Positions 10,823-21,509 of a stretch of DNA of 64,000 nt are shown piece after piece. Origin of the DNA: Opitutia bacterium (GTDB lineage: Bacteria > Verrucomicrobiota > Verrucomicrobiia > Opitutales > Opitutaceae). The notes under the pieces are model-generated. The model was not told where the DNA came from, made no database searches, and saw only the letters and a list, made by a program, of their open reading frames with translations. Each line of letters opens with the position of its first letter. Position 1 is the first letter of the stretch. Where the stretch lies: positions 800,001-864,000 of the forward strand of contig CANJVR010000001.1 of NCBI GenBank assembly GCA_947478395.1, in the 5' to 3' direction. The translations under genes and the position numbers were made by a program.

Positions 10823-11520
10823 GCCACGAGACGTTGCTTGGCGTAATATTTCCGCACGACCCGAGTCGCAACCGCGAGCGCCGCGATCAACAGACCGGCG
10901 AACAGCACTTTCATCCCCTTGCCGTTGCTCAAAGCCTCACCGAAGTACACGAACGCCGCGTTTTGCGGACACGCGATGATGATCGAAATCGCCATGTACC
11001 GGCCGAACGGCATCTCGGCGAGACCGAGCATATAATTTTGCACGCAGAAGGGCACGCCCGGCGTCAACCGGAGCAGCAGCATCAGATCCGTGACGTTGTC
11101 CGGATCAACCTCCGGTAGTTTGTAGCCGAAACGAATCAACAGTTTCTCCAACACCGGGCGCAGGCCGCGGCGCGCCAGTCCGTAGGCGAGCGCCATGTTC
11201 GCGATCAACGCGAGTTCCGAGAGCGCGATGACCGTGCCCATGCCGAGTTTTTCTCCAAACGCCGGACCGGCCGGTAAAGCGAACGTAAGCATCGGGACGC
11301 CCGCCGCCGGCAAAATGGCATTCGCGGTGAAAAACGCCCACGGACCGGCCGCGCGAATCGTCCCCATCCCCCGATCGACGATCTGCCGACCGCGCTGCAT
11401 CAGCTCGCGCGGATTCGCGTCGCGCAAGAGCACCGCCGCGATCACGAGCAACACCGCGAGCGCCGTGGCGAGTTGCAGCCAAGACACCTTGCGTTTCATC
11501 GGAACGACCTCGGAAGACAT
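10819..11520 (-). CDS. TVP38/TMEM64 (DedA/VTT) membrane protein
   Basis: Multiple TM segments; LLRLTPGVPFCVQNY motif. Confidence 0.8.
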   Translation of the reverse strand: MSSEVVPMKRKVSWLQLATALAVLLVIAAVLLRDANPRELMQRGRQIVDRGMGTIRAAGPWAFFTANAILPAAGVPMLTFALPAGPAFGEKLGMGTVIALSELALIANMALAYGLARRGLRPVLEKLLIRFGYKLPEVDPDNVTDLMLLLRLTPGVPFCVQNYMLGLAEMPFGRYMAISIIIACPQNAAFVYFGEALSNGKGMKVLFAGLLIAALAVATRVVRKYYAKQRLVA

Positions 11521-11621
11521 GCCCGGCAGCGTGCCCGCGGCCCGCGGCCCGGAGCAATTTTATTTGCGAGCCCTTCCGGGCCTGCGCATCACCATCCGCC
11601 GCCTATCCCGTCTTTCCGAAC

Positions 11622-12410
11622 ATGCCCGCGCTGCTGAATTTTCTCTCCAACGACTGGATGCCCTTCGCCATCCTGACCAAGCTCGCGTGGCTCGGGCAGC
11701 TCGCGCTCATGGTCCACGTGTTCAAAACCGGCCGGCCTTACTGGTGGTTCTGGGTGCTTTTCAGCGCGCCGCTGATCGGCGGCATCGTTTATTTTCTCGT
11801 CGAACTTCTGCCCGATCAACGCACCACCGGCGCCAGCGGCCTCTTCGCCCGCCTCAAGCCCCGGTCCTGGCGTATTCGCGCCGCCCGCGCCGCACTCGAG
11901 GAAACCCCCAGCGTGAAAACGCGGCTCGCCCTCGCCCACGAACTTCTCGAGGCCGGCGAACCCACCGCGGCTCACGCCGTGGCGGTCGAGGCATTGTCGG
12001 GCGTTTTTAAAGACGATCCCCACACGCTCGCGACGGTTGCTCGTTATGCGATCGAACTTACCCGCTGGGACGAAGCCCTCGCCCTGCTCGGCAAAATCGA
12101 CACCCGCGCCGATCGCATGCTCGCGCTGACGGTTACGCTGCTGAAGGGCCGGGCCTTGTTAGGCGCAGGACGCCATGTCGAAGCGGAGGCGGAATTGCGC
12201 CAAGCCGCCGATCGCTCCGTGAGCGAAGAACCACGGTACTTCATCGCGCTGACCTTGCGGGCCACAGCACGAGAATCCGAGGCGGTCGAACTCTTGCAGG
12301 AAATTCGCACCCGTTTTCGGAAAGCCGGTCCCGCTTGGCGTCGCACGGAAAAGCGCTGGTACCGCCTCGCGTCCGAAGCGCTCAAAAAGCCCGCCGCGAG
12401 TCCGAAGTAG
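11622..12410 (+). CDS. Membrane protein with TPR-like repeats (COG4700-like)
   Basis: HVFKTGRPYWW...PLIGGIVYF TM hairpin followed by helical repeats. Confidence 0.7.
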   Translation: MPALLNFLSNDWMPFAILTKLAWLGQLALMVHVFKTGRPYWWFWVLFSAPLIGGIVYFLVELLPDQRTTGASGLFARLKPRSWRIRAARAALEETPSVKTRLALAHELLEAGEPTAAHAVAVEALSGVFKDDPHTLATVARYAIELTRWDEALALLGKIDTRADRMLALTVTLLKGRALLGAGRHVEAEAELRQAADRSVSEEPRYFIALTLRATARESEAVELLQEIRTRFRKAGPAWRRTEKRWYRLASEALKKPAASPK

Positions 12411-12598
12411 CGCGAAGCCTTAAGTTCGGCGGCCGGAAGGCGTGAAGCGCACGGTCGCTCGAATAGATTGTCGCAACGGCCCGGCGCGATGGAGCGTCGC
12501 ACGATCACGAATGGCGGAGCCCACAGTATTTTGGTAAGTCGGCAGAAATTCCGCTTCCCACGCCTCGCCGGAGCCGTAGCGTGACCCGTACCGCGCGC

Positions 12599-13288
12599 AT
12601 GAAGCTCACCGTCGTCATTCCCTGCTACAACGAGGCCAAGACCATCCGCCTGATCGTCGATCGCGTTCGCGCGGCGCCCGTGGCGGACAAGGAAATCATC
12701 ATCGTCGACGACTGTTCGCGCGACGGCACCCGCGATCTGCTCCGCACCCAAATCGCCCCGCTCGTCTCAAAAATCCTCTACCACGAGGTGAACCAAGGCA
12801 AAGGCGCCGCCCTCCGCACCGGGTTCGCGGCCGCGACCGGCGACATCGTGATCATCCAGGATGCCGATCTCGAATACGATCCGAACGAATACCCGAAGCT
12901 CATCAAACCGATCGTCGAGGGTCAGGCCGATGTCGTCTTCGGTTCGCGCTTCATGGGCGCCGATGCCCACCGCGTCGTTTATTTCTGGCACATGGTCGGC
13001 AACAAGTTCCTGACGCTGCTCTCGAACATGTTCACCAACCTGAATCTCACGGACATGGAAACGTGCTACAAAGTTTTCCGCCGCGAGATCGTGCAGAAAA
13101 TCGTCATCGAGGAAAATCGCTTTGGCTTCGAGCCCGAGATCACGGCGAAAGTCGCCAAGCTGAATTGCGTGATCTATGAAGTCGGCATCGGCTACTATGG
13201 CCGTACCTACGCCGAGGGGAAAAAAATCGGCTGGCGCGACGGCTTTCGCGCGATCTGGGCGATCGTGAAATATAATCTGTTCAGTTGA
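12599..13288 (+). CDS. Glycosyltransferase family 2 (polyprenol-P-mannose synthase-like)
   Basis: [45 protein letters not shown]. Confidence 0.92.
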   Translation: MKLTVVIPCYNEAKTIRLIVDRVRAAPVADKEIIIVDDCSRDGTRDLLRTQIAPLVSKILYHEVNQGKGAALRTGFAAATGDIVIIQDADLEYDPNEYPKLIKPIVEGQADVVFGSRFMGADAHRVVYFWHMVGNKFLTLLSNMFTNLNLTDMETCYKVFRREIVQKIVIEENRFGFEPEITAKVAKLNCVIYEVGIGYYGRTYAEGKKIGWRDGFRAIWAIVKYNLFS

Positions 13289-13679
13289 CCCAGCCCGCGC
13301 GCCTCGCGCTCCGTCGCACGTCCGAGCCCGGATATTCCGCGCTTTCCGTCCCGATTTTTTGCCCCCGAGCAGACGGCGCCCAACATGCGGTCGTGCTCCG
13401 TAAGCTCTGCGGCCCGTGGCTTGGCTTGATTCAGGGGTAGATTTTTTAAACCAGGCCGCCGACACCTGATCCTGTCCTGGTCGCGCAGGCTCGGTGGTTG
13501 GATCATTCGGCGCCGGGCTAACCGCCGGATTTCAACCACGGTACGCTCACGAATCTCGCGGGCAAACTGCCGCATCGTCTCTTGTTCGCCGCAGATTTTA
13601 GATCGGTGCCCGATGCACTAATGCTCGCGCTGCCCGCGACGATTCGCATGTTCGCAATCGTTCGCGCCCACACCGTGAT

Positions 13680-14660
13680 GTGTCCTTCCTCCAGCCCGAC
13701 ATGCCCGTCCCGCCGCTCGTCGCCATCGTGATCCCGGTTTTCAACGAGGAAGCGGTGCTGCCTGCGTTACTGACGCGGCTCACGGCCATCTTCGCCGCCC
13801 AGCCCGATTGCACGTGGCGCGCGCTCCTCGTCGATGACGGCAGCCGCGATCGTTCCGCCGACCTCGCGCGCGCGCAGACCGCCGGCGATGCCCGTTTCGA
13901 ACTCGTCGAACTCTCGCGCAACTTTGGTTTTCAAAGCGCCCTCGCTGCCGGGTTGGCCCGCGCGCATGCCATCGCAGCCGATGCGGTGGTCACCATGGAC
14001 TCCGATCTGCAGGACCCGCCGGAACTCATTCCCCAACTCGTCGCGGCCTGGCGAGGCGGGGCCGAAGTCGTCCGCGCCACCCGACGCTCGCGCGCCGAGC
14101 GCGGACTGCGGCGGGCGGGCTTCGATCTGTTTCACGCGGTCTTCGGCCAGCTCATCGATTATCCGATCGAGCCGAACACCGGCACCTTCGGTCTCATCGG
14201 ACGCCATGCGCTCGCCGCGTTTCAACAGATGCCCGAGCGCCATCGTTTTTTCCCCGGCCTGCGGGCGTGGGTGGGATTCCCGAGCACCGACGTGCTTTAC
14301 GACCGCCAGGAACGCGCGGCCGGCCAGCCGCAACAAAGTTTCGGGCGGCTCATGCGCTACGCGCTCGACGGACTTTTTAGCTTTTCCTACCTGCCGCTGC
14401 GCGTCCTGACCTACGCCGGATTTGTCATCAGCGGACTCGGCTTTGCGCTCGCGTTGTTTTTCGTCGTGCGCCGTTTGCTCGGCATCGAGATCGCGCAGGT
14501 TGGTTTCACGACCCTGATCACAGTCGTCACGTTTCTCGGCGGCGTGCAGTTGATCGGCATCGGCGTGCTCGGGGAATATCTCGGCCGCATCTACGACGAA
14601 GTGAAACAACGTCCCGTCTATCTGGTGAAGCCCGCGCACCCGGAGTCGCCGCCGCGCTGA
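13680..14660 (+). CDS. Glycosyltransferase family 2 (GtrB/ArnC-like); alternative start ATG at 13701
   Basis: VIPVFNEE, DDGSRD, LSRNFG, MDSDLQDPPE, two C-terminal TMs, GEYLGRIYDEVKQRP. Confidence 0.92.
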   Translation: MSFLQPDMPVPPLVAIVIPVFNEEAVLPALLTRLTAIFAAQPDCTWRALLVDDGSRDRSADLARAQTAGDARFELVELSRNFGFQSALAAGLARAHAIAADAVVTMDSDLQDPPELIPQLVAAWRGGAEVVRATRRSRAERGLRRAGFDLFHAVFGQLIDYPIEPNTGTFGLIGRHALAAFQQMPERHRFFPGLRAWVGFPSTDVLYDRQERAAGQPQQSFGRLMRYALDGLFSFSYLPLRVLTYAGFVISGLGFALALFFVVRRLLGIEIAQVGFTTLITVVTFLGGVQLIGIGVLGEYLGRIYDEVKQRPVYLVKPAHPESPPR

Positions 14661-14850
14661 CGGCCTCCGCCTGCGCCGTTTCCGGCTCGCCCCGCTCGCT
14701 CTCATCCCCGCCACCGCCGGGCGCGCCCAAGACCAGGATCACAGCGGCCGCATCCGATGCTCGTTGTTGGCCGGCGGCTTTCATCGATTAAACGAAGGAA
14801 TGATTTGCGAGCGGCGCAGGGAAAACTAACGCTCACTTTCACACCGCCCT

Positions 14851-15417
14851 ATGCCCTTGCGAATTGTGCACTACAACGAATCCGTCCTCCGAAAAAAGGG
14901 CGAAAAGGTAAGTAAATTCGACGTCAGCCTGCGCGCGCTCGCCAAGGAAATGATCGCGACGATGCACGAGGCCGCGGGTATCGGCCTGGCGGCGCAGCAG
15001 ATCGGACGTGCACTCCAGCTCTGCGTCGTCGACCTGAGTGAAGTGGAAGCGGAGTTCGCGTGGGAACTCGACGGGGTCCGACTGCCGCTCGAATTATTCA
15101 TGCCAATGACCATTGCCAATCCGGTCATCACGGTGGCTAAAGACGCGCCCGAGGATATTTTCGAGGAAGGCTGCCTGTCCTTTCCTAAAATTCGCGGCGA
15201 CGTGCAACGCCCCGAGGCGATTGCGGTGAAATACCAGGATGAGTTCGGCGCGACCCACACCTTGAAGTGCAACGGCCTCCTCGCTCGCTGCGTTCAGCAC
15301 GAGGCGGATCATCTCAACGGCGTGCTCTTCATCGACCACATGACCAAAAAGACGCTGGCCGAAATCGACGACGCGGTGAAGACCCTCGCCAAGGCGACGC
15401 GCGCGGCGAAAAAATAA
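14851..15417 (+). CDS. def: Peptide deformylase
   Basis: GIGLAAQQ, EGCLS, QHEADHLNG. Confidence 0.96.
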   Translation: MPLRIVHYNESVLRKKGEKVSKFDVSLRALAKEMIATMHEAAGIGLAAQQIGRALQLCVVDLSEVEAEFAWELDGVRLPLELFMPMTIANPVITVAKDAPEDIFEEGCLSFPKIRGDVQRPEAIAVKYQDEFGATHTLKCNGLLARCVQHEADHLNGVLFIDHMTKKTLAEIDDAVKTLAKATRAAKK

Positions 15418-15443
15418 TCTCACGCTCACCTCTCGAAATTTTC

Positions 15444-16523
15444 ATGAGCCAAAAATCTGACGGCCAGAATTACGCCCCCCAGGGCAAACCCAGTCCCGTA
15501 GTGAAGCCCGGCGAATTCATTTTCGCCGCCGCCCATCTCGAGCACGGCCACATCTATGGCCAGTGCAACGGCCTGCTCGAAGCCGGCGGCGAGTTGAAAT
15601 GGGTCTACGATTCCGATGCGAAGAAAGTAGACGCTTTCCTCGCAAAATATCCCGGCGTGAAGGTCGCCCGCAGCTTCGATGAGATCCTCGCTGACCCCGC
15701 CGTGAAATTGGTCGCGGGCGCGGCCGTGCCGAACGAACGCGGCGGTCTGGGGTGTCGCGTCATGGAAGCAGGCAAAGACTATTTCACCGACAAAACGCCC
15801 TTCACCACGCTCGACCAACTCGATCGCGCGAAGGCCGTCGTGGCCCGCACCGGCCGCAAATATGCGGTCTATTACAGCGAGCGTCTCCACGTGGAGTCAG
15901 CGATGTTCGCCACGGATCTCGTGGCCGGTGGCGCCATCGGGCGCGTCATTCAGGTCCTTGGGCTCGGGCCGCATCGCCTGGGCAAGCCCGCACGGCCGGC
16001 CTGGTTTTTCGAAAAGGAAAAATATGGCGGCATCCTCTGCGATATCGGCAGCCACCAGTTTGAACAATTTCTGACTTACGCCGGCGCGACGGACGCCACC
16101 GTTACCCAGGCCGCGGTCGGCAATTTCGCCAATGCTGACACCCCCGAGTTCGAGGATTTCGGTGAAGCCTCGCTCCTCGGCAACAACGGCACCTCGAATT
16201 ACATTCGCGTCGACTGGTTCAACCCCGCCGGCCTGAGCACATGGGGCGATGGTCGCACTGTGATCCTCGGGACGAAAGGCTACATCGAGCTGCGTAAATA
16301 CGTGGACGTCGCCCGCGAAAAAACCGGCGACCACGTCTACATCGTCGACGAAAAGGGCGAGCAGCACCTCAATGTTACCGGCCAGGTCGGATTCCGGTTC
16401 TTTGGGCAGTTGATCCTCGATTGCCTCAACCGCACGGAGACCGCGATGACGCAGGCCCATGCTTTCAAGGCGGCGGAGCTGTGTTTGCGCGCGCAGATGG
16501 CCGCGCGGAAAATTACACCGTGA
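15444..16523 (+). CDS. Gfo/Idh/MocA family oxidoreductase
   Basis: HGHIYG, FTDKTP, GGILCDIGSHQ; start at MSQKSDG. Confidence 0.85.
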   Translation: MSQKSDGQNYAPQGKPSPVVKPGEFIFAAAHLEHGHIYGQCNGLLEAGGELKWVYDSDAKKVDAFLAKYPGVKVARSFDEILADPAVKLVAGAAVPNERGGLGCRVMEAGKDYFTDKTPFTTLDQLDRAKAVVARTGRKYAVYYSERLHVESAMFATDLVAGGAIGRVIQVLGLGPHRLGKPARPAWFFEKEKYGGILCDIGSHQFEQFLTYAGATDATVTQAAVGNFANADTPEFEDFGEASLLGNNGTSNYIRVDWFNPAGLSTWGDGRTVILGTKGYIELRKYVDVAREKTGDHVYIVDEKGEQHLNVTGQVGFRFFGQLILDCLNRTETAMTQAHAFKAAELCLRAQMAARKITP

Positions 16524-16605
16524 CGCCAAGCGCGGATTCGCGGCCTGTGCCACCCATCGTAAGTCAACGCGCTCGCCTACATAAAGTGAGTCGAAGTTTT
16601 GCATT

Positions 16606-17130
16606 ATGAGCATTGCCACTCGCACGGGTGACGACGGCACGACGGGCCTCCTTTACGGCCAGCGCGTGCCGAAAGATCATCCGCAGATAGAAGCCGTGGG
16701 CGCGTTTGACGAACTCAACGTCGCCCTCGGTGCCACGCGTCCGCTGCTCACAGAAGAATCCTCGCGAGCGCTGATTCACGCGGTCCAAAAAAACTTGATC
16801 GCGCTCATGGGGGAGGTGGCGTGCGCCGAGTCCGATTTACCCCGTTACGCCGGGTCGAAGTTCTCCCGGCTCACGAGCGATGACGTGCAACATCTCGACG
16901 CAGCGGTCGCGGCCCTCGAGGGCCGCGGCTTGAAGTTCGACGGCTGGGCCACACCCGGCGCGAACCCCTTGAGCGCGGCGTTCGATAACGCCCGCGTGGT
17001 CGCGCGACGCGCGGAACGGAGACTCTGCGCCCTGCCCGCGCACGGCCGGTCCGTGCGGACGGAATTGCGCCAGTTTACGAATCGTCTCGCCGATCTGTTG
17101 TGGCTCCTCGCGCGCGCCGCTGAGCAGTGA
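16606..17130 (+). CDS. ATP:cob(I)alamin adenosyltransferase, PduO type
   Basis: SIATRTGDDGTT, GAFDELN, ARRAERR, NRLADLLWLLAR. Confidence 0.92.
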   Translation: MSIATRTGDDGTTGLLYGQRVPKDHPQIEAVGAFDELNVALGATRPLLTEESSRALIHAVQKNLIALMGEVACAESDLPRYAGSKFSRLTSDDVQHLDAAVAALEGRGLKFDGWATPGANPLSAAFDNARVVARRAERRLCALPAHGRSVRTELRQFTNRLADLLWLLARAAEQ

Positions 17131-17298
17131 TTTCTGGGTCGGGTGCGTAATCATTCACGCGCCGGTTCGACGCCGCCGGCGCGAAGCGCGGTCGGGGTTC
17201 AACGCGGGGGATTGAATCGTTTGCCCAACCCGCGATTCCCCGCTGGCCAACCGGAAAAAATTCTGTCCATCCCCTGTATTCTGCCCAATAACCGGCCC

Positions 17299-17877
17299 AT
17301 GCCCATCGCCCTCGTCGTTCTAATTTTAGCCGCCGCCTGGCGCATTCTGGCGTTGCACGTGCCGGAGCTGAGCAATTTTTCGCCGCTCATGGCCTTGGCC
17401 TTTTGCAGCGGTATTTATTTCCGTAATCGCTGGCTCTGGCTCGCTCCCTTCGCGGCCCTGATGTTGACCGATCTCTACATCGATTACTACTACGCGACGC
17501 AGTACCATTATCATTGGACCGCCGGCGGCTCGGTCGTGCGCACGCTGTGCTTTGCCTCCGCGGTGGGGTTGGGTCGGATCGTCTCGACGCGGCGCAGCTG
17601 GCTTAATTTTTTTAGCGGCGCGCTCGGAGGTTCGCTGCTGTTTTACCTCGCGACCAACACCGCGTCGTGGCTCGGCGACGCCGGTTACGCGCCCACGGCC
17701 GCAGGCTGGTGGCAGGCCCTCACCGTGGGGCACCCCCAATTCGCGCCTACTTTCTTTTTCTTCCGCAACACGCTCGCGAGTGACTTGATTTTCACCGCGG
17801 CGTTTGCGCTGGCGATGGAGTCCGCGGCGCAGCGACGGGGTGAATGCAGCCTGTTGGCCAGTCGGCCAACCGTCTGA
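17299..17877 (+). CDS. DUF6580 / BtuM-like putative membrane transport protein
   Basis: R...NFSPLMALAF motif, FYLATN, PTFFFFRNTLASDL; about 6 TMs; follows the adenosyltransferase. Confidence 0.7.
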   Translation: MPIALVVLILAAAWRILALHVPELSNFSPLMALAFCSGIYFRNRWLWLAPFAALMLTDLYIDYYYATQYHYHWTAGGSVVRTLCFASAVGLGRIVSTRRSWLNFFSGALGGSLLFYLATNTASWLGDAGYAPTAAGWWQALTVGHPQFAPTFFFFRNTLASDLIFTAAFALAMESAAQRRGECSLLASRPTV

Positions 17878-18006
17878 GGTAGCGCGCAGTCGGTTCGACA
17901 AGCCCAGAGCCTTGAGCCTGACCGGAAAGGCGGCGCGGGCGTGCGATTAAGCCGTATGCTGAATGAGTAGCGCCGTCCGCAAAACAGACGGTTTCTAAAT
18001 ATAACC

Positions 18007-19548
18007 TCAGAGCAAATCCGCCGCGAGCTCAGCCAGACGCGAGCGTTCGCCCTTCGTCAACTTTACGTGCGCGGCGATGGACTGGCCCTTCATGCGATTG
18101 TGACAGTAAACGAGTCCGTTACTTCGCGCGTCGACGTACGGATTATCGATCTGCGCCGGGTCGCCGATCAGCACGATTTTTGATCCTTCGGAAATGCGGG
18201 TGATGACCGTTTTCACCTCGTGCGGCGTCAGCTGCTGCGCTTCATCCAAAATAAAGAAACGCCGCGCAATCGAGCGACCGCGGATAAAGGCCAGCGCCTC
18301 GATCTCGACCAGGCCGCTGCGCAGCAAACGCTCGTATGGTTTCATCGCCGGCGCACTCCCGTGGCCACCGCCGTGGCTCGAATGACTGGGCTGGGGCGCG
18401 CTCATTGGCGCGCTAAAATGATCGTCGCGCTTCTTGAATTTATTCTTGGATACTTTTTTCGCGGCGAACTGCGGTTCCTTTTGCGGCTTCGAGGGAATGA
18501 GCACCTCGAGGGCATCGTGGTAGGGTTGCAGCCACGGTTTCATTTTTTCCTCGAGCGAACCGGGGAGAAACCCGATGTCCTTGCCCAGCGCGATGACCGG
18601 CCGCGAAATCGAAACGCCGTCGTACTGCGAATGATCGTCGTGCGTTTGATGCAGCGCGCAGGCGGTGGACAGCAGCGTCTTACCGGTGCCGGCTTTGCCG
18701 TAGCACGTGAGCATATGAATGCTGTCGTCGAGCAGGCCATCCATGAAAAACTGCTGCTCGAGATTGCGAGGCCGGATCGGAATGCCGCCGGGCGCCTTGA
18801 CGAAATCGGGAATTTTCAGGCGGCGCACGAGCCCATCGCCGTAATAGCGGGCGGGCATCGTCTTCCCCTCGTCGGAGCGCAACAAAACATACTCGTTGAG
18901 ATAAAGCGGCTGGGCCGAACCGGCATCGAGATCGAACGCGCCCTCGGAGCAGAAACGCTGCAGCTCATAGACGTTGAGCGAAATCTCGCGGTAGCTCGCC
19001 TCCTCATCCGTCTCTGGGACTTTGTCGTTGAGGTAATCCTGCGATTCCAGTCCGACCGCGCGGGCCTTGAGCTGCACATTGACGTCCTTGGTGACGAGAA
19101 TGGTTGGTGGCGGAAAACGTTCTTGGACGAAAAGCGCGGCCGCGATGATGCGGTTATCCTTTTTTGAAAGGTCGGGCAGGATGGCCCGCAAGCGATCCAT
19201 GGCCGGCGAACGGCGCGAGGGATCGGCGAGATAGGGGTTGATGATGATCGAGAGCGTACCCCCGTTGGAAAGTTTCACGCCCTCGTGCATCGAGCGGGAA
19301 TCCGGCAGCAACTCCTGCAGGATGCGGTGCACGCGGCGGGCGTTGCGGCCGCGCTCGGTCGACTGCTCGCCCTTGATGCCGTCGAGTTCCTCCAGCACCT
19401 CCACCGGAATGGCGAGGTTGTTATCCTCGAATTTATAGATCGACTGGGGGTCGTGCAGGAGGACGTTCGTGTCGAGCACGAAGGTCTTAACTTTAGCTGC
19501 AACCCTGAGCCGCGGACTTGAGGCGGAAGCCCCGTGAAGGTTTTCCAT
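18007..19548 (-). CDS. phoH: PIN-PhoH (PhoH2) protein
   Basis: PIN FVLDTNVLLHDP, DNRII, TKDVN; ATPase GKAGTGKT, GFLPG, IRGRS, DEAQQ, GDPAQID. Confidence 0.92.
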   Translation of the reverse strand: MENLHGASASSPRLRVAAKVKTFVLDTNVLLHDPQSIYKFEDNNLAIPVEVLEELDGIKGEQSTERGRNARRVHRILQELLPDSRSMHEGVKLSNGGTLSIIINPYLADPSRRSPAMDRLRAILPDLSKKDNRIIAAALFVQERFPPPTILVTKDVNVQLKARAVGLESQDYLNDKVPETDEEASYREISLNVYELQRFCSEGAFDLDAGSAQPLYLNEYVLLRSDEGKTMPARYYGDGLVRRLKIPDFVKAPGGIPIRPRNLEQQFFMDGLLDDSIHMLTCYGKAGTGKTLLSTACALHQTHDDHSQYDGVSISRPVIALGKDIGFLPGSLEEKMKPWLQPYHDALEVLIPSKPQKEPQFAAKKVSKNKFKKRDDHFSAPMSAPQPSHSSHGGGHGSAPAMKPYERLLRSGLVEIEALAFIRGRSIARRFFILDEAQQLTPHEVKTVITRISEGSKIVLIGDPAQIDNPYVDARSNGLVYCHNRMKGQSIAAHVKLTKGERSRLAELAADLL

Positions 19549-19672
19549 TCGCGTTGGAATTTCTGCGCAGAAAGTGAAAAAAAGGCGGTGGATTGTCCAC
19601 GCTAGAGTTGGTCAGTCACCGCAAAGTCACAGAAAAATCGTAATCGGCCGATAGAAAATCGGCCGCGCCGGA

Positions 19673-20617
19673 TCAGACTCCCTCGGTCGCGCCGCGCGGG
19701 CTTTTCAGGCCCAGCCCATCGGCGACTGAATCGCACAAATCGACAAATGTCTCTTCGGCGAGAACGAGCCGCCGACCCTTGAGGTGGGCGACGCCCCAGC
19801 GCCGGCGCAGCTTGCGGGGCCCGAGCGGCAGAGCAACGAGCGCGCCGCTCGCGAGTTCCTCTTTTACGATCCACGGCGCGAGCAAACCGGCGCCCAGCCC
19901 GATTTTCACCAACTCCTTGATCGCCTCCATGCTCCCGAGCTCGATGACGTTCAGGAGGGTGATTTTTTCCTCCCGGAAATACTCGGCCACCAGCCGCGAA
20001 GTAAAACTGCTCTTGATATGCATAATCACAGTCTCGTTGGCGATTTGCTCGCGGGACGGACGGGGGAGTTTCGCCCAAGGATGCATCGGGGCGACGAGGA
20101 AACGTACTTCATCCCGGAAAAGAGGCACAAAGATAAACTCCTCCTGCACGCCACAAGCAGGCTCGATGACTAATGCGAGATCGACCTGCCCAGCCCGTAA
20201 CAAGTCGAGCTGGTGACCGTGATCTCCGGGCTCGATCCGGATCTCACACTGCGGAAACCTCTGCCGGAATTCGCGCAGGACCGTCGGCAAAATATGCTGA
20301 CAGGCCGTCTCGCTGGCGCCGACGCGCAGGCGGCTGTGGCCCCACGTGGAAAGATGGTCGAGGCCCACGCGCGCCGCTTCCATCTCGCGCAAGATTTTTT
20401 CCGTGTGACGGAGGAATCGTTCGCCCGATTGCGTCAGCATCACGCGCCGGCCCACGCGATCGACCAGGCGGGTGCCAAGATCGTCCTCCAGCGCCTTAAT
20501 CGCATAACTCACCGCCGACTGCGTCAGAAATAAATCCTTGGCCGCGAGCGTGAAGCTCCCGCGCCGCGCCAGCGCCGCAAACGCATGAAGCTGACGGCTG
20601 TCGAGCGTGGGTTTCAT
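19673..20617 (-). CDS. LysR-family transcriptional regulator
   Basis: HTH GSFTLAAKDLFLTQSAVSYAIKALE; substrate domain with SMEAIKELVKIGLG. Confidence 0.93.
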   Translation of the reverse strand: MKPTLDSRQLHAFAALARRGSFTLAAKDLFLTQSAVSYAIKALEDDLGTRLVDRVGRRVMLTQSGERFLRHTEKILREMEAARVGLDHLSTWGHSRLRVGASETACQHILPTVLREFRQRFPQCEIRIEPGDHGHQLDLLRAGQVDLALVIEPACGVQEEFIFVPLFRDEVRFLVAPMHPWAKLPRPSREQIANETVIMHIKSSFTSRLVAEYFREEKITLLNVIELGSMEAIKELVKIGLGAGLLAPWIVKEELASGALVALPLGPRKLRRRWGVAHLKGRRLVLAEETFVDLCDSVADGLGLKSPRGATEGV

Positions 20618-20855
20618 GAATGAATCCAGTTGATGGGTCCGGTCGATGTTCGAACTAGCAGCAATTGCGCCACATCCGCCCGCTCGCCCACGGCGCGCTG
20701 CAGGCGCCGTAACCGATCTGGCCGTCTTGCCGCCTTCATCCACCGCGCACGAAATGCAGGTGGTGCGACATTGCGAATCCCTCGCCGCACTGCTCGCCGC
20801 AGCGAAATACCTCAACCTTCCAGTGCGCGCCGTCGTCGGCCTGCACGGAATCACA

Positions 20856-20926
20856 ACGCCGAACCCGGCCGGCAGAGACGCCTGCCGCTACCCAAGTCGG
20901 CCACGGAAAAAGATCAGCCGCTTTAG
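20856..20926 (+). repeat. Dispersed repeat B copy 2
   Basis: ACGCCGAACCCGGCCGGCAGAGACGCCTGCCGCTACCC...CGGCCACGGAAAAA, matching 7515-7590. Confidence 0.65.
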
Positions 20927-21064
20927 CCGATCAGCCCCACCCCATCCGCTAAACCTAGACCAAACGTAAATCTATTCTGACGTCGCCCGTCACGACCCGC
21001 CGCGCTGCCTCCCATTCGCTTCTTCGCCGCCTTCAGAAGGACAACCTCGTTTTGAACGCACTCC

Positions 21065-21478
21065 TTAGATGAAATACATTTCGGTGGGATTCTTCGTCGC
21101 GATCTGGTCCAGCGTGTAGCTCTTGGTTTTCTCGACCAATATTTTCCCAATCTCGTCCCACACCTGTTTCAACCGGCGGCCGCTGCGGCCCTCGAAGTTT
21201 CCGCTGAGGTGCAGGCACTCGCCCTCGACGGCCATCAGGACGTCGTAGAGCGAGATTTCGTCTGGGGAACGCGCGATGGCGTATCCGCCGCGATTGCCCC
21301 GGCGGCTCGTGATCAGACCGTGTTCGCGCAAATCGCCCAGAATCTGCGCGAGAAAATTTGCCGGCACGGCCTCCGTGCGGGCGAGTTGTTCGATTTGCGC
21401 CAGTTCGCCCGAACCATGCAGCCGCGCCAGCTCCGCCATAACGCGGCAGGCATAATCGACTTTGACGGAAATCTTCAC
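21065..21478 (-). CDS. Rrf2-family regulator (CymR-like, lacks the IscR three-Cys cluster motif)
   Basis: MKISVKVDYA, FLAQIL, SRRGNRGGY, ISLYDVLMAVEG; last gene of the cysHDN operon. Confidence 0.9.
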   Translation of the reverse strand: MKISVKVDYACRVMAELARLHGSGELAQIEQLARTEAVPANFLAQILGDLREHGLITSRRGNRGGYAIARSPDEISLYDVLMAVEGECLHLSGNFEGRSGRRLKQVWDEIGKILVEKTKSYTLDQIATKNPTEMYFI

Positions 21479-21509
21479 GGCGACGGTCCGGGGATTTTTC
21501 GCGGCGCGC

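Noticed and set aside
13289..13679. 390-nt gap between the two GT2 genes
   Set aside because: No credible ORF, repeat or RNA structure recognised
17131..17298. Cobalamin riboswitch upstream of the DUF6580 gene
   Set aside because: No GGGAA-x-GGTG or B12-box consensus visible
20646..20969. 107-aa plus-strand ORF between lysR and rrf2
   Set aside because: Runs through a dispersed repeat and has no family motif
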